DNA from: the human T2T-CHM13v2.0 reference genome, Homo sapiens
Assembly: GCF_009914755.1 (NCBI RefSeq)
Contig: NC_060930.1
Length of the DNA stretch: 64,000 nt
Reading direction: 5' to 3' (one strand)
Shown here: one piece after another, positions 41,001-56,300 of the stretch
Numbering within the stretch: position 1 is the first letter of the stretch
How the letters are laid out: every line of letters begins with the position of its first letter
Notes under the pieces: generated by a model
What the model was told of the DNA's origin: nothing
Databases searched by the model: none
Seen by the model: only the letters and a program-made list of their open reading frames with translations
Program-made: the position numbers and the translations under genes

Positions 41001-44000
41001 GTATTTGCATGTGTATATTTAGAGCGCATTGAAGCCCACAGTAGAAAAGGAAACAACTTCACCTAAAACCTAGACAGAAGCAATCCCAGAAACTACTTTG
41101 TGATGTGTACATTCAACTCGCAGAGTGGAACTTTCCTCTTTATAGAGCAGTGTTGAAACACTCTTTTTGTAGAAACTGCAAGTGGATATGTGGACCTCTT
41201 TGAGGCCCTCGTTGGAAACCGGATTTCTTCCTATAACCCTAGACAGAAGAATTTTCAGAAACCTCATTGTGATGTGTGCGTTCATCTCACAGAGTGGAGT
41301 CTTCCGTTTGATAGAGAAGTTTTGAAACCCTGTTCTTGTAGGATTTCCAAGTGGATATTTAGACCACTTTGAAGCCTATGATAGAAAAGGAAACATCTTC
41401 ATGGAAAACATAGACAGAATCATTCTCAGAAAGAACTTTGTGATGTGTGCGTTGAACTCACTGTCTTTAACCTTTCTTTTGGTAGAGAAGTCTTGAAACA
41501 CTCTCTTTGTAAAGTCTACAAGTGGATATTTTGAGCCCTTGGAGGCATTCTTTGGAAAAGGGAATGTCTTCACGTAAAAGGCAGACAGAAGTGTTCTCAG
41601 AAAGTGCTTTGTGATGTCTGTGTTCAACTCACAGAGTTTAACATTTCCTTTGATAGAGCAGTTTAGCAAAACTCTCTTTGTAGAATTTGGAAGTGTATAG
41701 TAAGAGCGCTTTGAGGCCTATGGTAGAAAAGGAAATATCTTTCCATAAAAGCTAGACAGAAGCAATCTCAGAAACTCCTTTGTGATGTCTGCATTCAACT
41801 CACCGAGTGGAGCATTCCTCTTGATAGAGCAGTTTGGAAACACTCTTTCTGTAGAATCAGCTTGTTTGTATTTGGACCTCCTTGAGGCCTTCGTTGGAAA
41901 CGGGTTTTCATCTTATAAACCCAGACAGAAGAATTCTCTGAGTCTTCTTTGTGATGTGTGCTTTCAACTCACCGAGATAAAGATTTCTCTTGATAGAGCA
42001 ATTTGGAAACACTCTTTTTGTAGAATTTGCAAGGGTACATTGAGAGCGCTTTCAGGCCTATGGTAGAAAAGGGAATATCTTTCCATAAAAGGTAGACAGA
42101 AGCAATCTCAGAAACTACTTTGTGATGTGTGCATTCAACTCACCGAGTGCAACATTCCTCTTGATAGAGCAGTTTGGAAACATTGTTTCTGTAGAATCTG
42201 CAAGTGGATATTTGGACCTCTTTGAGGCCTTCGTTGGAAACGGGATTTCTTCCTATAAACCCAGACAGAAGAATTCTCAGAGACTTCTTTGTGATGTGTG
42301 AATTCAACTCACAGTGTGGATCCTTCCTTTTGATAGAGCAGTTTTGAAACACTGTTTTTGTAGTATTTCCAAGCGTATATTTGGAACGCCTTGAAGCGTG
42401 TGGTAGAAAAGGAAATATCTTCCCATAAAACCTAGACAGAACCAATCTCAGAAACGACTTTGTGATGTCTGCATTCAACTCAGAGTTGAACATTTCTCTT
42501 GATAGAGCAGTTTTGAAACCCTCTTTCTGAAGGATCTGCAAGTGGATATTTGGAACTCCTTTGGGTCTTCGTTGGAAACGGGATTTCTCCGTATAAATCT
42601 AGACAGAAGAATTCTCCGAAACTTCTTTGGTTGTGTGCATTCAAGTCACAGAGTGGAACCTTCTTTTGGGTAGAGCAGTTTGAAACGCTGTGGTTGTAGT
42701 ATTTCCAAGCGGATATTTGAGCGCCTTGAGGCCTATGGTAGAAAAGGAAATGTCTTCCCATAAAACCTAGACGGAAGCAATCTCAGAAACTACTGTGTGA
42801 TGGCTGCATTCCACACACACGGTGGAACATTACTCTTGATAGAGCAGTTTTGAAACACTCTTTCTGTAGAATCTGCAAGTGGATAATTGGACCGCCTTGA
42901 GGCCTTAGTTGGAAACGGGATTTCTTCATGTTACTCTAGATAGAAGAATTCTCAAACACTGCTATGTGATGTTTGCATTCAAGTCACAGAGTGCAACATT
43001 CCTCTTGACAGAGCAGTTGGGAAACACTCCTTTTGTAGAATTTGCAATGGGATATTTGGACTTCTTTGAGGCCTTCGTTGGAAACGGGATTTCTTCGTAT
43101 AAATCTAGACAGAAGAATTCTCAGAAACTTGTTTGTGATGTGTGCATTCAACTCAGCGAGTGGCACCTTCCTTTGGAGACAGCAGTTTTGAAACACTGTT
43201 TTTGAGGTATTTCCAAGCGGATATTTAGAGCGCCTTGAAGCCTACGCTAGAAATGGAAATATCTCCCCATAAAACCAAGACAGAAGCAATCTCAGAAACT
43301 AATGTGTGATGGCTGCATTCCACACACACGGTGGACCATTTCTCTTGATAGAGCAGTTTTGAAACACTCTTTCTGTAGAATCTGCAAGTGGATAATTGGA
43401 CCTCCTAGAGGCCTTCGTTGGAGACCGGATTTCTTCATCTAAACCTACAGAGAAGAATTCTCAGTAACTTCTTCGGATGTGTGCATTCGACTCACAGAGT
43501 GGAACATTCCCTTCGATAGAGCAGTTTTGAGACACCGTTTTAGTAGAATTCCCAAGTGGATATTTAGAGCACTTTGAAGTCTCTGCTAGAAAAGGAAACA
43601 TCTTCATGTAAAAAGTAGATAGAATCGTTCTCAGAAAGTGCTTAGTGACGTGTGCTTTCAACTCACAGAGTGTAACGTTTCCTTTGATAGAGCGTCTCTG
43701 AAACACCCTTCTTGTAGTAGCTGCAAGTGGATATTTGGACCTGTTGGAGGCCTTCTTTGGAAACGGGATTTCTTCATGTAACTCTAGATTGAAGAATTCT
43801 CAGAAACTCCTGTGTGATGTGTGCATTCAATTCAAAGAGTGAAACCTCCCTTTTCACAGAGCAGTTTTGAAACACTGTTTTTGTAGGATTTCCAAGGGGA
43901 TATTTATAGCGCATTGAGCCTACGGCAGAAAAAGAAAAACCTTCCTATGAAAACTAGACAGAATAATTCTCAGAATCTGCTTTGCGATGTGTGCGTTCAA

Positions 44001-47000
44001 CTCACAGAGTAAAACTTTTCTTTTGATAGAGCAGTTTTGAAACACTCTTTTTGTAGTATTTGCATGGGTATATTTAGAGCGCGTTGAAGCCCACAGTAGA
44101 AAAGGAAATAACTTCACCTAAAACCTAGACAGAAGCAATCTCAGAAACTTCTTTGTGATGTGTACATTCAACTCACAGAGTGGAACTTTCCTCTTTATAG
44201 AGCAGTGTTGAAACACTCTTTTTGTAGAAACTGCAAGTGGATATGTGGACCTCTTTGAGGCCCTCGTTGGGAACCGGATTTCTTCCTATAACCCTAGACA
44301 GAAGAATTTTCAGAAACCTCATTGTGATGTGTGCGTTCATCTCACAGAGTGGAGTCTTCCGTTTGATAGAGAAGTTTTGAAACCCTGTTCTTGTAGGATT
44401 TCCAAGTGGATATTTAGATCACTTTGAAGCCTATGATAGGAAAGGAAACATCTTCATGGAAAACATAGACAGAATCATTCTCAGAAAGAACTTTGTGATG
44501 TGTGCGTTGAACTCACCGTCTTTAACCTTTCTTTTGGTAGAGAAGTCTTGAAACACTCTCTTTGTAAAGTCTACAAGTGGATATTTTGAGCCCTTGGAGG
44601 CATTCTTTGGAAAAGGGAATGTCTTCACGTAAAAGGCAGACAGAAGTGTTCTCAGAAAGTGCTTTGTGATGTCTGTGTTCAACTCACAGAGTTTAACATT
44701 TCCTTTGATAGAGCAGTTTAGCAAAACTCTCTTTGTAGAATTTGGAAGTGTATAGTAAGAGCGCTTTGAGGCCTATGGTAGAAAAGGAAATATCTTTCCA
44801 TAAAAGCTAGACAGAAGCAATCTCAGAAACTCCTTTGTGATGTCTGCATTCAACTCACCGAGTGGAGCATTCCTCTTGATAGAGCAGTTTGGAAACACTC
44901 TTTCTGTAGAATCAGCTTGTTTGTATTTGGACCTCCTTGAGGCCTTCGTTGGAAACGGGTTTTCATCTTATAAACCCAGACAGAAGAATTCTCTGAGTCT
45001 TCTTTGTGATGTGTGCTTTCAACTCACCGAGATAAAGATTTCTCTTGATAGAGCAATTTGGAAACACTCTTTTTGTAGAATTTGCAAGGGTACATTGAGA
45101 GCGCTTTCAGGCCTATGGTAGAAAAGGGAATATCTTTCCATAAAAGGTAGACAGAAGCAATCTCAGAAACTACTTTGTGATGTGTGCATTCAACTCACCG
45201 AGTGCAACATTCCTCTTGATAGAGCAGTTTGGAAACATTGTTTCTGTAGAATCTGCAAGTGGATATTTGGACCTCTTTGAGGCCTTCGTTGGAAACGGGA
45301 TTTCTTCCTATAAACCCAGACAGAAGAATTCTCAGAGACTTCTTTGTGATGTGTGAATTCAACTCACAGTGTGGATCCTTCCTTTTGATAGAGCAGTTTT
45401 GAAACACTGTTTTTGTAGTATTTCCAAGCGGATATTTGGAACGCCTTGAAGCGTATGGTAGAAAAGGAAATATCTTCCCATAAAACCTAGACAGAACCAA
45501 TCTCAGAAACGACTTTGTGATGTCTGCATTCAACTCACAGAGTTGAACATTTCTCTTGATAGAGCAGTTTTGAAACCCTCTTTCTGAAGGATCTGCAAGT
45601 GGATATTTGGAACTCCTTTGGGTCTTCGTTGGAAACGGGATTTCTCCGTATAAATCTAGACAGAAGAATTCTCCGAAACTTCTTTGGTTGTGTGCATTCA
45701 AGTCACAGAGTGGAACCTTCTTTTGGGTAGAGCAGTTTGAAACGCTGTGGTTGTAGTATTTCCAAGCGGATATTTGAGCGCCTTGAGGCCTATGGTAGAA
45801 AAGGAAATGTCTTCCCATAAAACCTAGACGGAAGCAATCTCAGAAACTACTGTGTGATGGCTGCATTCCACACACACGGTGGAACATTTCTCTTGATAGA
45901 GCAGTTTTGAAACACTCTTTCTGTAGAATCTGCAAGTGGATAATTGGACCGCCTTGAGGCCTTAGTTGGAAACGGGATTTCTTCATGTTACTCTAGATAG
46001 AAGAATTCTCAAACACTGCTATGTGATGTTTGCATTCAAGTCACAGAGTGCAACATTCCTCTTGACAGAGCAGTTGGGAAACACTCCTTTTGTAGAATTT
46101 GCAATGGGATATTTGGACTTCTTTGAGGCCTTCGTTGGAAACGGGATTTCTTCGTATAAATCTAGACAGAAGAATTCTCAGAAACTTGTTTGTGATGTGT
46201 GCATTCAACTCAGCGAGTGGCACCTTCCTTTGGAGACAGCAGTTTTGAAACACTGTTTTTGAGGTATTTCCAAGCGGATATTTAGAGCGCCTTGAAGCCT
46301 ACGCTAGAAATGGAAATATCTCCCCATAAAACCAAGACAGAAGCAATCTCAGAAACTAATGTGTGATGGCTGCATTCCACACACACGGTGGACCATTTCT
46401 CTTGATAGAGCAGTTTTGAAACACTCTTTCTGTAGAATCTGCAAGTGGATAATTGGACCTCCTAGAGGCCTTCGTTGGAGACCGGATTTCTTCATCTAAA
46501 CCTACAGAGAAGAATTCTCAGTAACTTCTTCGGATGTGTGCATTCGACTCACAGAGTGGAACATTCCCTTCGATAGAGCAGTTTTGAGACACCGTTTTTG
46601 TAGAATTCCCAAGTGGATATTTAGAGCACTTTGAAGTCTCTGCTAGAAAAGGAAACATCTTCATGTAAAAAGTAGATAGAATCGTTCTCAGAAAGTGCTT
46701 AGTGACGTGTGCTTTCAACTCACAGAGTGTAACGTTTCCTTTGATAGAGCGTCTCTGAAACACCCTTCTTGTAGTAGCTGCAAGTGGATATTTGGACCTA
46801 TTGGAGGCCTTCTTTGGAAACGGGATTTCTTCATGTAACTCTAGATTGAAGAATTCTCAGAAACTCCTGTGTGATGTGTGCATTCAATTCAAAGAGTGAA
46901 ACCTCCCTTTTCACAGAGCAGTTTTGAAACACTGTTTTTGTAGGATTTCCAAGGGGATATTTATAGCGCATTGAGCCTACGGCAGAAAAAGAAACACCTT

Positions 47001-50000
47001 CCTATAAAAACTAGACAGAATAATTCTCAGAATCTGCTTTGCGATGTGTGCGTTCAAGTCACTGAGTAAAACTTTTCTTTTGATAGAGCAGTTTTGAAAC
47101 ACTCTTTTTGTAGTATTTGCATGTGTATATTTAGAGCGCATTGAAGCCCACAGTAGAAAAGGAAACAACTTCACCTAAAACCTAGACAGAAGCAATCCCA
47201 GAAACTACTTTGTGATGTGTACATTCAACTCGCAGAGTGGAACTTTCCTCTTTATAGAGCAGTGTTGAAACACTCTTTTTGTAGAAACTGCAAGTGGATA
47301 TGTGGACCTCTTTGAGGCCCTCGTTGGAAACCGGATTTCTTCCTATAACCCTAGACAGAAGAATTTTCAGAAACCTCATTGTGATGTGTGCGTTCATCTC
47401 ACAGAGTGGAGTCTTCCGTTTGATAGAGAAGTTTTGAAACCCTGTTCTTGTAGGATTTCCAAGTGGATATTTAGACCACTTTGAAGCCTATGATAGAAAA
47501 GGAAACATCTTCATGGAAAACATAGACAGAATCATTCTCAGAAAGAACTTTGTGATGTGTGCGTTGAACTCACTGTCTTTAACCTTTCTTTTGGTAGAGA
47601 AGTCTTGAAACACTCTCTTTGTAAAGTCTACAAGTGGATATTTTGAGCCCTTGGAGGCATTCTTTGGAAAAGGGAATGTCTTCACGTAAAAGGCAGACAG
47701 AAGTGTTCTCAGAAAGTGCTTTGTGATGTCTGTGTTCAACTCACAGAGTTTAACATTTCCTTTGATAGAGCAGTTTAGCAAAACTCTCTTTGTAGAATTT
47801 GGAAGTGTATAGTAAGAGCGCTTTGAGGCCTATGGTAGAAAAGGAAATATCTTTCCATAAAAGCTAGACAGAAGCAATCTCAGAAACTCCTTTGTGATGT
47901 CTGCATTCAACTCACCGAGTGGAGCATTCCTCTTGATAGAGCAGTTTGGAAACACTCTTTCTGTAGAATCAGCTTGTTTGTATTTGGACCTCCTTGAGGC
48001 CTTCGTTGGAAACGGGTTTTCATCTTATAAACCCAGACAGAAGAATTCTCTGAGTCTTCTTTGTGATGTGTGCTTTCAACTCACCGAGATAAAGATTTCT
48101 CTTGATAGAGCAATTTGGAAACACTCTTTTTGTAGAATTTGCAAGGGTACATTGAGAGCGCTTTCAGGCCTATGGTAGAAAAGGGAATATCTTTCCATAA
48201 AAGGTAGACAGAAGCAATCTCAGAAACTACTTTGTGATGTGTGCATTCAACTCACCGAGTGCAACATTCCTCTTGATAGAGCAGTTTGGAAACATTGTTT
48301 CTGTAGAATCTGCAAGTGGATATTTGGACCTCTTTGAGGCCTTCGTTGGAAACGGGATTTCTTCCTATAAACCCAGACAGAAGAATTCTCAGAGACTTCT
48401 TTGTGATGTGTGAATTCAACTCACAGTGTGGATCCTTCCTTTTGATAGAGCAGTTTTGAAACACTGTTTTTGTAGTATTTCCAAGCGTATATTTGGAACG
48501 CCTTGAAGCGTGTGGTAGAAAAGGAAATATCTTCCCATAAAACCTAGACAGAACCAATCTCAGAAACGACTTTGTGATGTCTGCATTCAACTCACAGAGT
48601 TGAACATTTCTCTTGATAGAGCAGTTTTGAAACCCTCTTTCTGAAGGATCTGCAAGTGGATATTTGGAACTCCTTTGGGTCTTCGTTGGAAACGGGATTT
48701 CTCCGTATAAATCTAGACAGAAGAATTCTCCGAAACTTCTTTGGTTGTGTGCATTCAAGTCACAGAGTGGAACCTTCTTTTGGGTAGAGCAGTTTGAAAC
48801 GCTGTGGTTGTAGTATTTCCAAGCGGATATTTGAGCGCCTTGAGGCCTATGGTAGAAAAGGAAATGTCTTCCCATAAAACCTAGACGGAAGCAATCTCAG
48901 AAACTACTGTGTGATGGCTGCATTCCACACACACGGTGGAACATTACTCTTGATAGAGCAGTTTTGAAACACTCTTTCTGTAGAATCTGCAAGTGGATAA
49001 TTGGACCGCCTTGAGGCCTTAGTTGGAAACGGGATTTCTTCATGTTACTCTAGATAGAAGAATTCTCAAACACTGCTATGTGATGTTTGCATTCAAGTCA
49101 CAGAGTGCAACATTCCTCTTGACAGAGCAGTTGGGAAACACTCCTTTTGTAGAATTTGCAATGGGATATTTGGACTTCTTTGAGGCCTTCGTTGGAAACG
49201 GGATTTCTTCGTATAAATCTAGACAGAAGAATTCTCAGAAACTTGTTTGTGATGTGTGCATTCAACTCAGCGAGTGGCACCTTCCTTTGGAGACAGCAGT
49301 TTTGAAACACTGTTTTTGAGGTATTTCCAAGCGGATATTTAGAGCGCCTTGAAGCCTACGCTAGAAATGGAAATATCTCCCCATAAAACCAAGACAGAAG
49401 CAATCTCAGAAACTAATGTGTGATGGCTGCATTCCACACACACGGTGGACCATTTCTCTTGATAGAGCAGTTTTGAAACACTCTTTCTGTAGAATCTGCA
49501 AGTGGATAATTGGACCTCCTAGAGGCCTTCGTTGGAGACCGGATTTCTTCATCTAAACCTACAGAGAAGAATTCTCAGTAACTTCTTCGGATGTGTGCAT
49601 TCGACTCACAGAGTGGAACATTCCCTTCGATAGAGCAGTTTTGAGACACCGTTTTAGTAGAATTCCCAAGTGGATATTTAGAGCACTTTGAAGTCTCTGC
49701 TAGAAAAGGAAACATCTTCATGTAAAAAGTAGATAGAATCGTTCTCAGAAAGTGCTTAGTGACGTGTGCTTTCAACTCACAGAGTGTAACGTTTCCTTTG
49801 ATAGAGCGTCTCTGAAACACCCTTCTTGTAGTAGCTGCAAGTGGATATTTGGACCTGTTGGAGGCCTTCTTTGGAAACGGGATTTCTTCATGTAACTCTA
49901 GATTGAAGAATTCTCAGAAACTCCTGTGTGATGTGTGCATTCAATTCAAAGAGTGAAACCTCCCTTTTCACAGAGCAGTTTTGAAACACTGTTTTTGTAG

Positions 50001-50370
50001 GATTTCCAAGGGGATATTTATAGCGCATTGAGCCTACGGCAGAAAAAGAAAAACCTTCCTATGAAAACTAGACAGAATAATTCTCAGAATCTGCTTTGCG
50101 ATGTGTGCGTTCAACTCACAGAGTAAAACTTTTCTTTTGATAGAGCAGTTTTGAAACACTCTTTTTGTAGTATTTGCATGGGTATATTTAGAGCGCGTTG
50201 AAGCCCACAGTAGAAAAGGAAATAACTTCACCTAAAACCTAGACAGAAGCAATCTCAGAAACTTCTTTGTGATGTGTACATTCAACTCACAGAGTGGAAC
50301 TTTCCTCTTTATAGAGCAGTGTTGAAACACTCTTTTTGTAGAAACTGCAAGTGGATATGTGGACCTCTTT
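38070..50370 (+). repeat. Tandem duplication of a 2-HOR block (period 6112-6114 bp)
   Basis: Paired rare variants: gataggaaagg ~38323/44435, ggaaacaacttc ~41049/47161, gcgtatatt ~42374/48485, cattactc ~42828/48942, cctatgaaaac ~43944/50058. Boundaries are approximate. Confidence 0.85.
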
Positions 50371-53300
50371 GAGGCCCTCGTTGGAAGCGGGATTTCTTCC
50401 TATAACCCTAGACAGAAGAATTTTCAGAAACCTCATTGTGATGTGTGCGTTCATCTCACAGAGTGGAGTCTTCCGTTTGATAGAGAAGTTTTGAAACCCT
50501 GTTCTTGTAGGATTTCCAAGTGGATATTTAGACCACTTTGAAGCCTATGATAGAAAAGGAAACATCTTCATGGAAAACATAGACAGAATCATTCTCAGAA
50601 ACAACTTTGTGATGTGTGCGTTGAACTCACCGTCTTTAACCTTTCTTTTGGTAGAGAAGTTTTGAAACACTCTCTTTGTAAAGTCTACAAGTGGATATTT
50701 TGAGCCTTTGGAGGCATTCTTTGGAAAAGGGAATGTCTTCACGTAAAAGGCAGACGGAAGTGTTCTCAGAAACTGCTTTGTGATGTCTGTGTTCAACTCA
50801 CAGAGTTTAACATTTCCTTTGATAGAGCAGTTTAGTAACACTCTCTTTGTAGAATTTGGAAGTGTATACTAAGAGCGCTTTGAGGCCTATGGTAGAAGAG
50901 GAAATATCTTTCCATAAAAGCTAGACAGAAGCAATCTCAGAAACTCCTTTGTGATGTGTGCATTCAACTCACCGAGTGGAACATTCCTCTTGATAGAGCA
51001 GTTTGGAAACGCTCTTTCTGTAGAATCAGCTTGTTTGTAGTTGGACCTCCTTGAGGCCTTCGTTGGAAACGGGTTTTCATCTTATAAACCCAGACAGAAG
51101 AATTCTCAGAGTCTTCTTTGTGATGTGTGCTTTCAACTCACCGAGATTAAAAGATTTCTCTTGATAGAGCAATTAGGAAACACTCTCTTTGTAGAATTTG
51201 CAAGGGTACATTGAGAGCGCTTTCAGGCCTATGGTAGAAAAGGGAATATCTTTCCATAAAAGGTAGACAGAAGCAATCTCAGAAACTACTTTGTGATGTG
51301 TGCATTCAACTCACCGAGTGCAACATTCCTCTTGATAGAGCAGTTTGGAAACATTGTTTCTGTAGAATCTGCAAGTGGATATTTGGACCTCTTTGAGGCC
51401 TTCGTTGGAAACGGGATTTCTTCCTATAAACCCAGACAGAAGAATTCTCAGAGACTTCTTTGTGATGTGTGAATTCAACTCACAGTGTGGATCCTTCCTT
51501 TCGATAGAGCGGTTTTGAAACACTGTTTTTGTAGTATTTCCAAGCGGATATTTGGAACGCCTTGAAGCGTATGGTAGAAAAGGAAATATCTTCCCATAAA
51601 ACCTAGACAGAACCAATCTCAGAAACGACTTTGTGATGTCTGCATTCAACTCACAGAGTTGAACATTTCTCTTGATAGAGCAGTTTTGAAACCCTCTTTC
51701 TGAAGGATCTGCAAGTGGATATTTGGAACTCCTTTGGGTCTTCGTAGGAAACGGGATTTCTTCGTATAAATCTAGACAGAAGAATTCTCCGAAACTTCTT
51801 TGGTTGTGTGCATTCAAGTCACAGAGTGGAACCTTCCTTTGGGTACAGCAGTTTGAAACGCTGTGGTTGTAGTATTTCCAAGCGGATATTAGAGCGCCTT
51901 GAAGCCTATGGTAGAAAAGGAAATATCTTCCCATAAAACCTAGACGGAAGCAATCTCAGAAACTACTGTGTGATGGCTGCATTCCACACACACGGTGGAA
52001 CATTTCTCTTGATAGAGCAGTTTTGAAACACTCTTTATGTAGAATCTGCAAGTGGATAATTGGACCGCCTTGAGGCCTTCGTTGGAAACGGGATTTCTTC
52101 ATGTTACTCTAGAGAGAAGAATTCTCAAACACTACTATGTGATGTTTGCATTCGAGTCACAGAGTGCAACATTCCTCTTGACAGAGCAGTTGGGAAACAC
52201 TCCTTTTGTAGGATTTGCAGTGGGATATTTGGACTTCTTTGAGGCCTTCGTTGGAAATGGGATTTCTTCGTATAAATCTAGACAGAAGAATTCTCAGAAA
52301 CTTCTTTGTGATGTGTGCATTCAACTCAGCGAGTGGCACCTTCCTTTGGATACAGCAGTTTTGAAACACTGTTTTTGTAGTATTTCCAAGCGGATATTTA
52401 GAGCGCCTTGAAGCCTACGCTAGAAATGGAAATATCTCCCCATAAAGCCAAGACAGAAGCAATCTCAGAAACTAATGTGTGATGGCTGCATTCCACACAC
52501 ACGGTGGACCATTTCTCTTGATAGAGCAGTTTTGAAACCCTCTTTCTGTAGAATTTGCAAGTGGATAATTGGACTTCCTAGAGGCCTTCGTTGGAGACGG
52601 GATTTCTTCATCTAAACCTACAGAGAAGAATTCTCAGTAACTTCTTCGGATGTGTGCATTCGACTCACAGAGTGGAACATTCCCTTTGATAGAGCAGTTT
52701 TGAGACACCGTTTTTGTAGAATTCCCAAGTGGATATTTAGAGCACTTTGAAGTCTCTGCTAGAAAAGGAAACATCTTCATGTAAAAAGTAGATAGAATCG
52801 TTCTCAGAAAGTGCTTAGTGACGTGTGCGTTCAACTCACAGAGTGTAACGTTTCTTTTGATAGAGCGTTTCTGAAACACCCTTCTTGTAGTAGCTGCAAG
52901 TGGATATTTGGACCTATTGGAGGCCTTCTTTGGAAACGGGATTTCTTCATGTAACTCTAGATTGAAGAATTCTCAGAAACTCCTGTGTGATGTGTGCATT
53001 CAATTCAAAGAGTGAAACCTCCCTTTTCACAGAGCAGTTTTGAAACACTGTTTTTGTAGGATTTCCAAGGGGATATTTATAGCGCATTGAGCCTACGGCA
53101 GAAAAAGAAACACCTTCCTATGAAAACTAGACAGAATAATTCTCAGAATCTGCTTTGCGATGTGTGCGTTCAACTCACAGAGTAAAACTTTTCTTTTGAT
53201 AGAGCAGTTTTGAAACACTCTTTTTGTAGTATTTGCATGGGTATATTTAGAGCGCGTTGAAGCCCACAGTAGAAAAGGAAATAACTTCACCTAAAACCTA

Positions 53301-56300
53301 GACAGAAGCAATCTCAGAAACTTCTTTGTGATGTGTACATTCAACTCACTGAGTGGAACTTTCCTCTTTATAGAGCAGTGTTGAAACACTCTTTTTGTAG
53401 AAACTGCAAGTGGATATGTGGACCTCTTTGTGGCCCTCGTTGGAAACGGGACTTCTTCCTGTAACCCTAGACAGAAGAATTTTCAGAAACCTCATTGTGA
53501 TGTGTGCGTTCATCTCACAGAGTGGAGTCTTCCGTTTGATAGAGAAGTTTTGAAACCCTGTTCTTGTAGGATTTCCAAGTGGATATTTAGACCACTTTGA
53601 AGCCTATGATAGAAAAGGAAACATCTTCATGGAAAACATAGACAGAATCATTCTCAGAAACACCTTTGTGATGTGTGCGTTGAACTCACCATCTTTAACC
53701 TTTCTTTTGGTAGAGAAGTTTTGAAACACTCTCTTTGTAAAGTCTACAAGTGGATATTTTGAGCCCTTGGAGGCATTCTTTGGAAAAGGGAATGTCTTCA
53801 CATAAAAGGCAGACAGAAGTGTTCTCAGAAACTGCTTTGTGATGTCTGTGTTCAACTCACAGAGTTTAACATTTCCTTTGATAGAGCAGTTTAGTAACAC
53901 TCTCTTTGTAGAATTTGGAAGTGTATATTAAGAGCGCTTTGAGGCCTATGGTAGAAAAGGAAATATCTTTCCATAAAAGCTAGAGAGAAGCAATCTCAGA
54001 AACTCCTTTGTGATGTGTGCATTCAACTCACCGAGTGGAACATTCCTCTTGATAGAGCAGTTTGGAAACGCTCTTTCTGTAGAATCAGCTTGTTTGTATT
54101 TGGACCTCCTTGAGGCCTTCGTTGGAAACGGGTTTTCATCTTATAAACCCAGACAGAAGAATTCTCAGAGTCTTCTTTGTGAGGTGTGCTTTCAACTCAC
54201 CAAGATTAAAAGATTTCTCTTGATAGAGCAATTTGGAAACACTCTTTTTGTAGAATTTGCAAGGGTACATTGAGAGCGCTTTAAGGCCTATGGTAGAAAA
54301 GGAAATATCTTTCCATAAAAGGTAGACAGAAGCAATCTCAGAAACTACTTTGTGATGTGTGCATTCAACTCACCGAGTGCAACATTCCTCTTGATAGAGC
54401 AGTTTGGAAACATTGTTTCTGTAGAATCTGCAAGTGGATATTTGGACCTCTTTGAGGCCTTCGTTGGAAACGGGATTTCTTCCTATAAACCCAGACAGAA
54501 GAATTCTCAGAGACTTCTTTGTGATGTGTGAATTCAACTCACAGTGTGGATCCTTCCTTTCGATAGAGCGGTTTTGAAACACTGTTTTTGTAGTATTTCC
54601 AAGCGGATATTTGGAACGCCTTGAAGCGTATGGTAGAAAAGGAAATATCTTCCCATAAAACCTAGACAGAACCAATCTCAGAAACGACTTTGTGATGTCT
54701 GCATTCAACTCACAGAGTTGAACATTTCTCTTGATAGAGCAGTTTTGAAACCCTCTTTCTGAAGGATCTGCAAGTGGATATTTGGAACTCCTTTGGGTCT
54801 TCGTAGGAAACGGGATTTCTTCGTATAAATCTAGACAGAAGAATTCTCCGAAACTTCTTTGGTTGTGTGCATTCAAGTCACAGAGTGGAACCTTCCTTTG
54901 GGTAGAGCAGTTTGAAACGCTGTGGTTGTAGTATTTCCAAGCGGATATTAGAGCGCCTTGAAGCCTATGGTAGAAAAGGAAATATCTTCCCATAAAACCT
55001 AGACGGAAGCAATCTCAGAAACTACTGTGTGATGGCTGCATTCCACACACACGGTGGAACATTTCTCTTGATAGAGCAGTTTTGAAACACCCTTTCTGTA
55101 GAATCTGCAAGTGGATAATTGGACCGCCTTGAGGCCTTCGTTGGAAACGGGATTTCTTCATGTTACTCTAGAGAGAAGAATTCTCAAACACTACTATGTG
55201 ATGTTTGCATTCAAGTCACAGAGTGCAACATTCCTCTTGACAGAGCAGTTGGGAAACACTCCTTTTGTAGAATTTGCAGTGGGATATTTGGACTTCTTTG
55301 AGGCCTTCGTTGGAAACGGGATTTCTTCGTATAAATCTAGACAGAAGAATTCTCAGAAACTTCTTTGTGATGTGTGCATTCAACTCAGCGAGTGGCACCT
55401 TCCTTTCGATACAGCAGTTTTGAAACACTGTTTTTGTAGTATTTCCAAGCGGATATTTAGAGCGCCTTGAAGCCTACACTAGAAATGGAAATATCTCCCC
55501 ATAAAGCCAAGACAGAAGCAATCTCAGAAACTAATGTGTGATGGCTGCATTCCACACACACGGTGGACCATTTCTCTTGATAGAGCAGTTTTGAAACACT
55601 CTTTCTGTAGAATCTGCAAGTGGATAATTGGACCTCCTAGAGGCCTTCGTTGGAGACGGGATTTCTTTATCTAAACCTACAGAGAAGAATTCTCAGTAAC
55701 TTCTTCGGATGTGTGCATTCGACTCACAGAGTGGAACATTCCCTTTGATAGAGCAGTTTTGAGACACCGTTTTTGTAGAATTCCCAAGTGGATCTTTAGA
55801 GCACTTTGAAGTCTCTGCTAGAAAAGGAAACATCTTCATGTAAAAAGTAGATAGAATCGTTCTCAGAAAGTGCTTAGTGACGTGTGCGTTCAACTCACAG
55901 AGCGTAACGTTTCTTTTGATAGAGCGTTTCTGAAACACCCTTCTTGTAGTAGCTGCAAGTGGATATTTGGACCTCTTGGAGGCCTTCTTTGGAAACGGGA
56001 TTTCTTCATGTAACTCTTGATTGAAGAATTCTCAGAAACTCCTTTGTGATGTGTGCATTCAATTCAAAGAGTGAAACCTCCCTTTTCACAGAGCAGTTTT
56101 GAAACACTGTTTTTGTAGGATTTCCAAGGGGATATTTATAGCGCATTGAGCCTACGGCAGAAAAAGAAACACCTTCCTATAAAAACTAGACAGAATAATT
56201 CTCAGAATCTGCTTTGCGATGTGTGCGTTCAACTCACAGAGTAAAACTTTTCTTTTGATAGAGCAGTTTTGAAACACTCTTTTTGTAGTATTTGCATGTG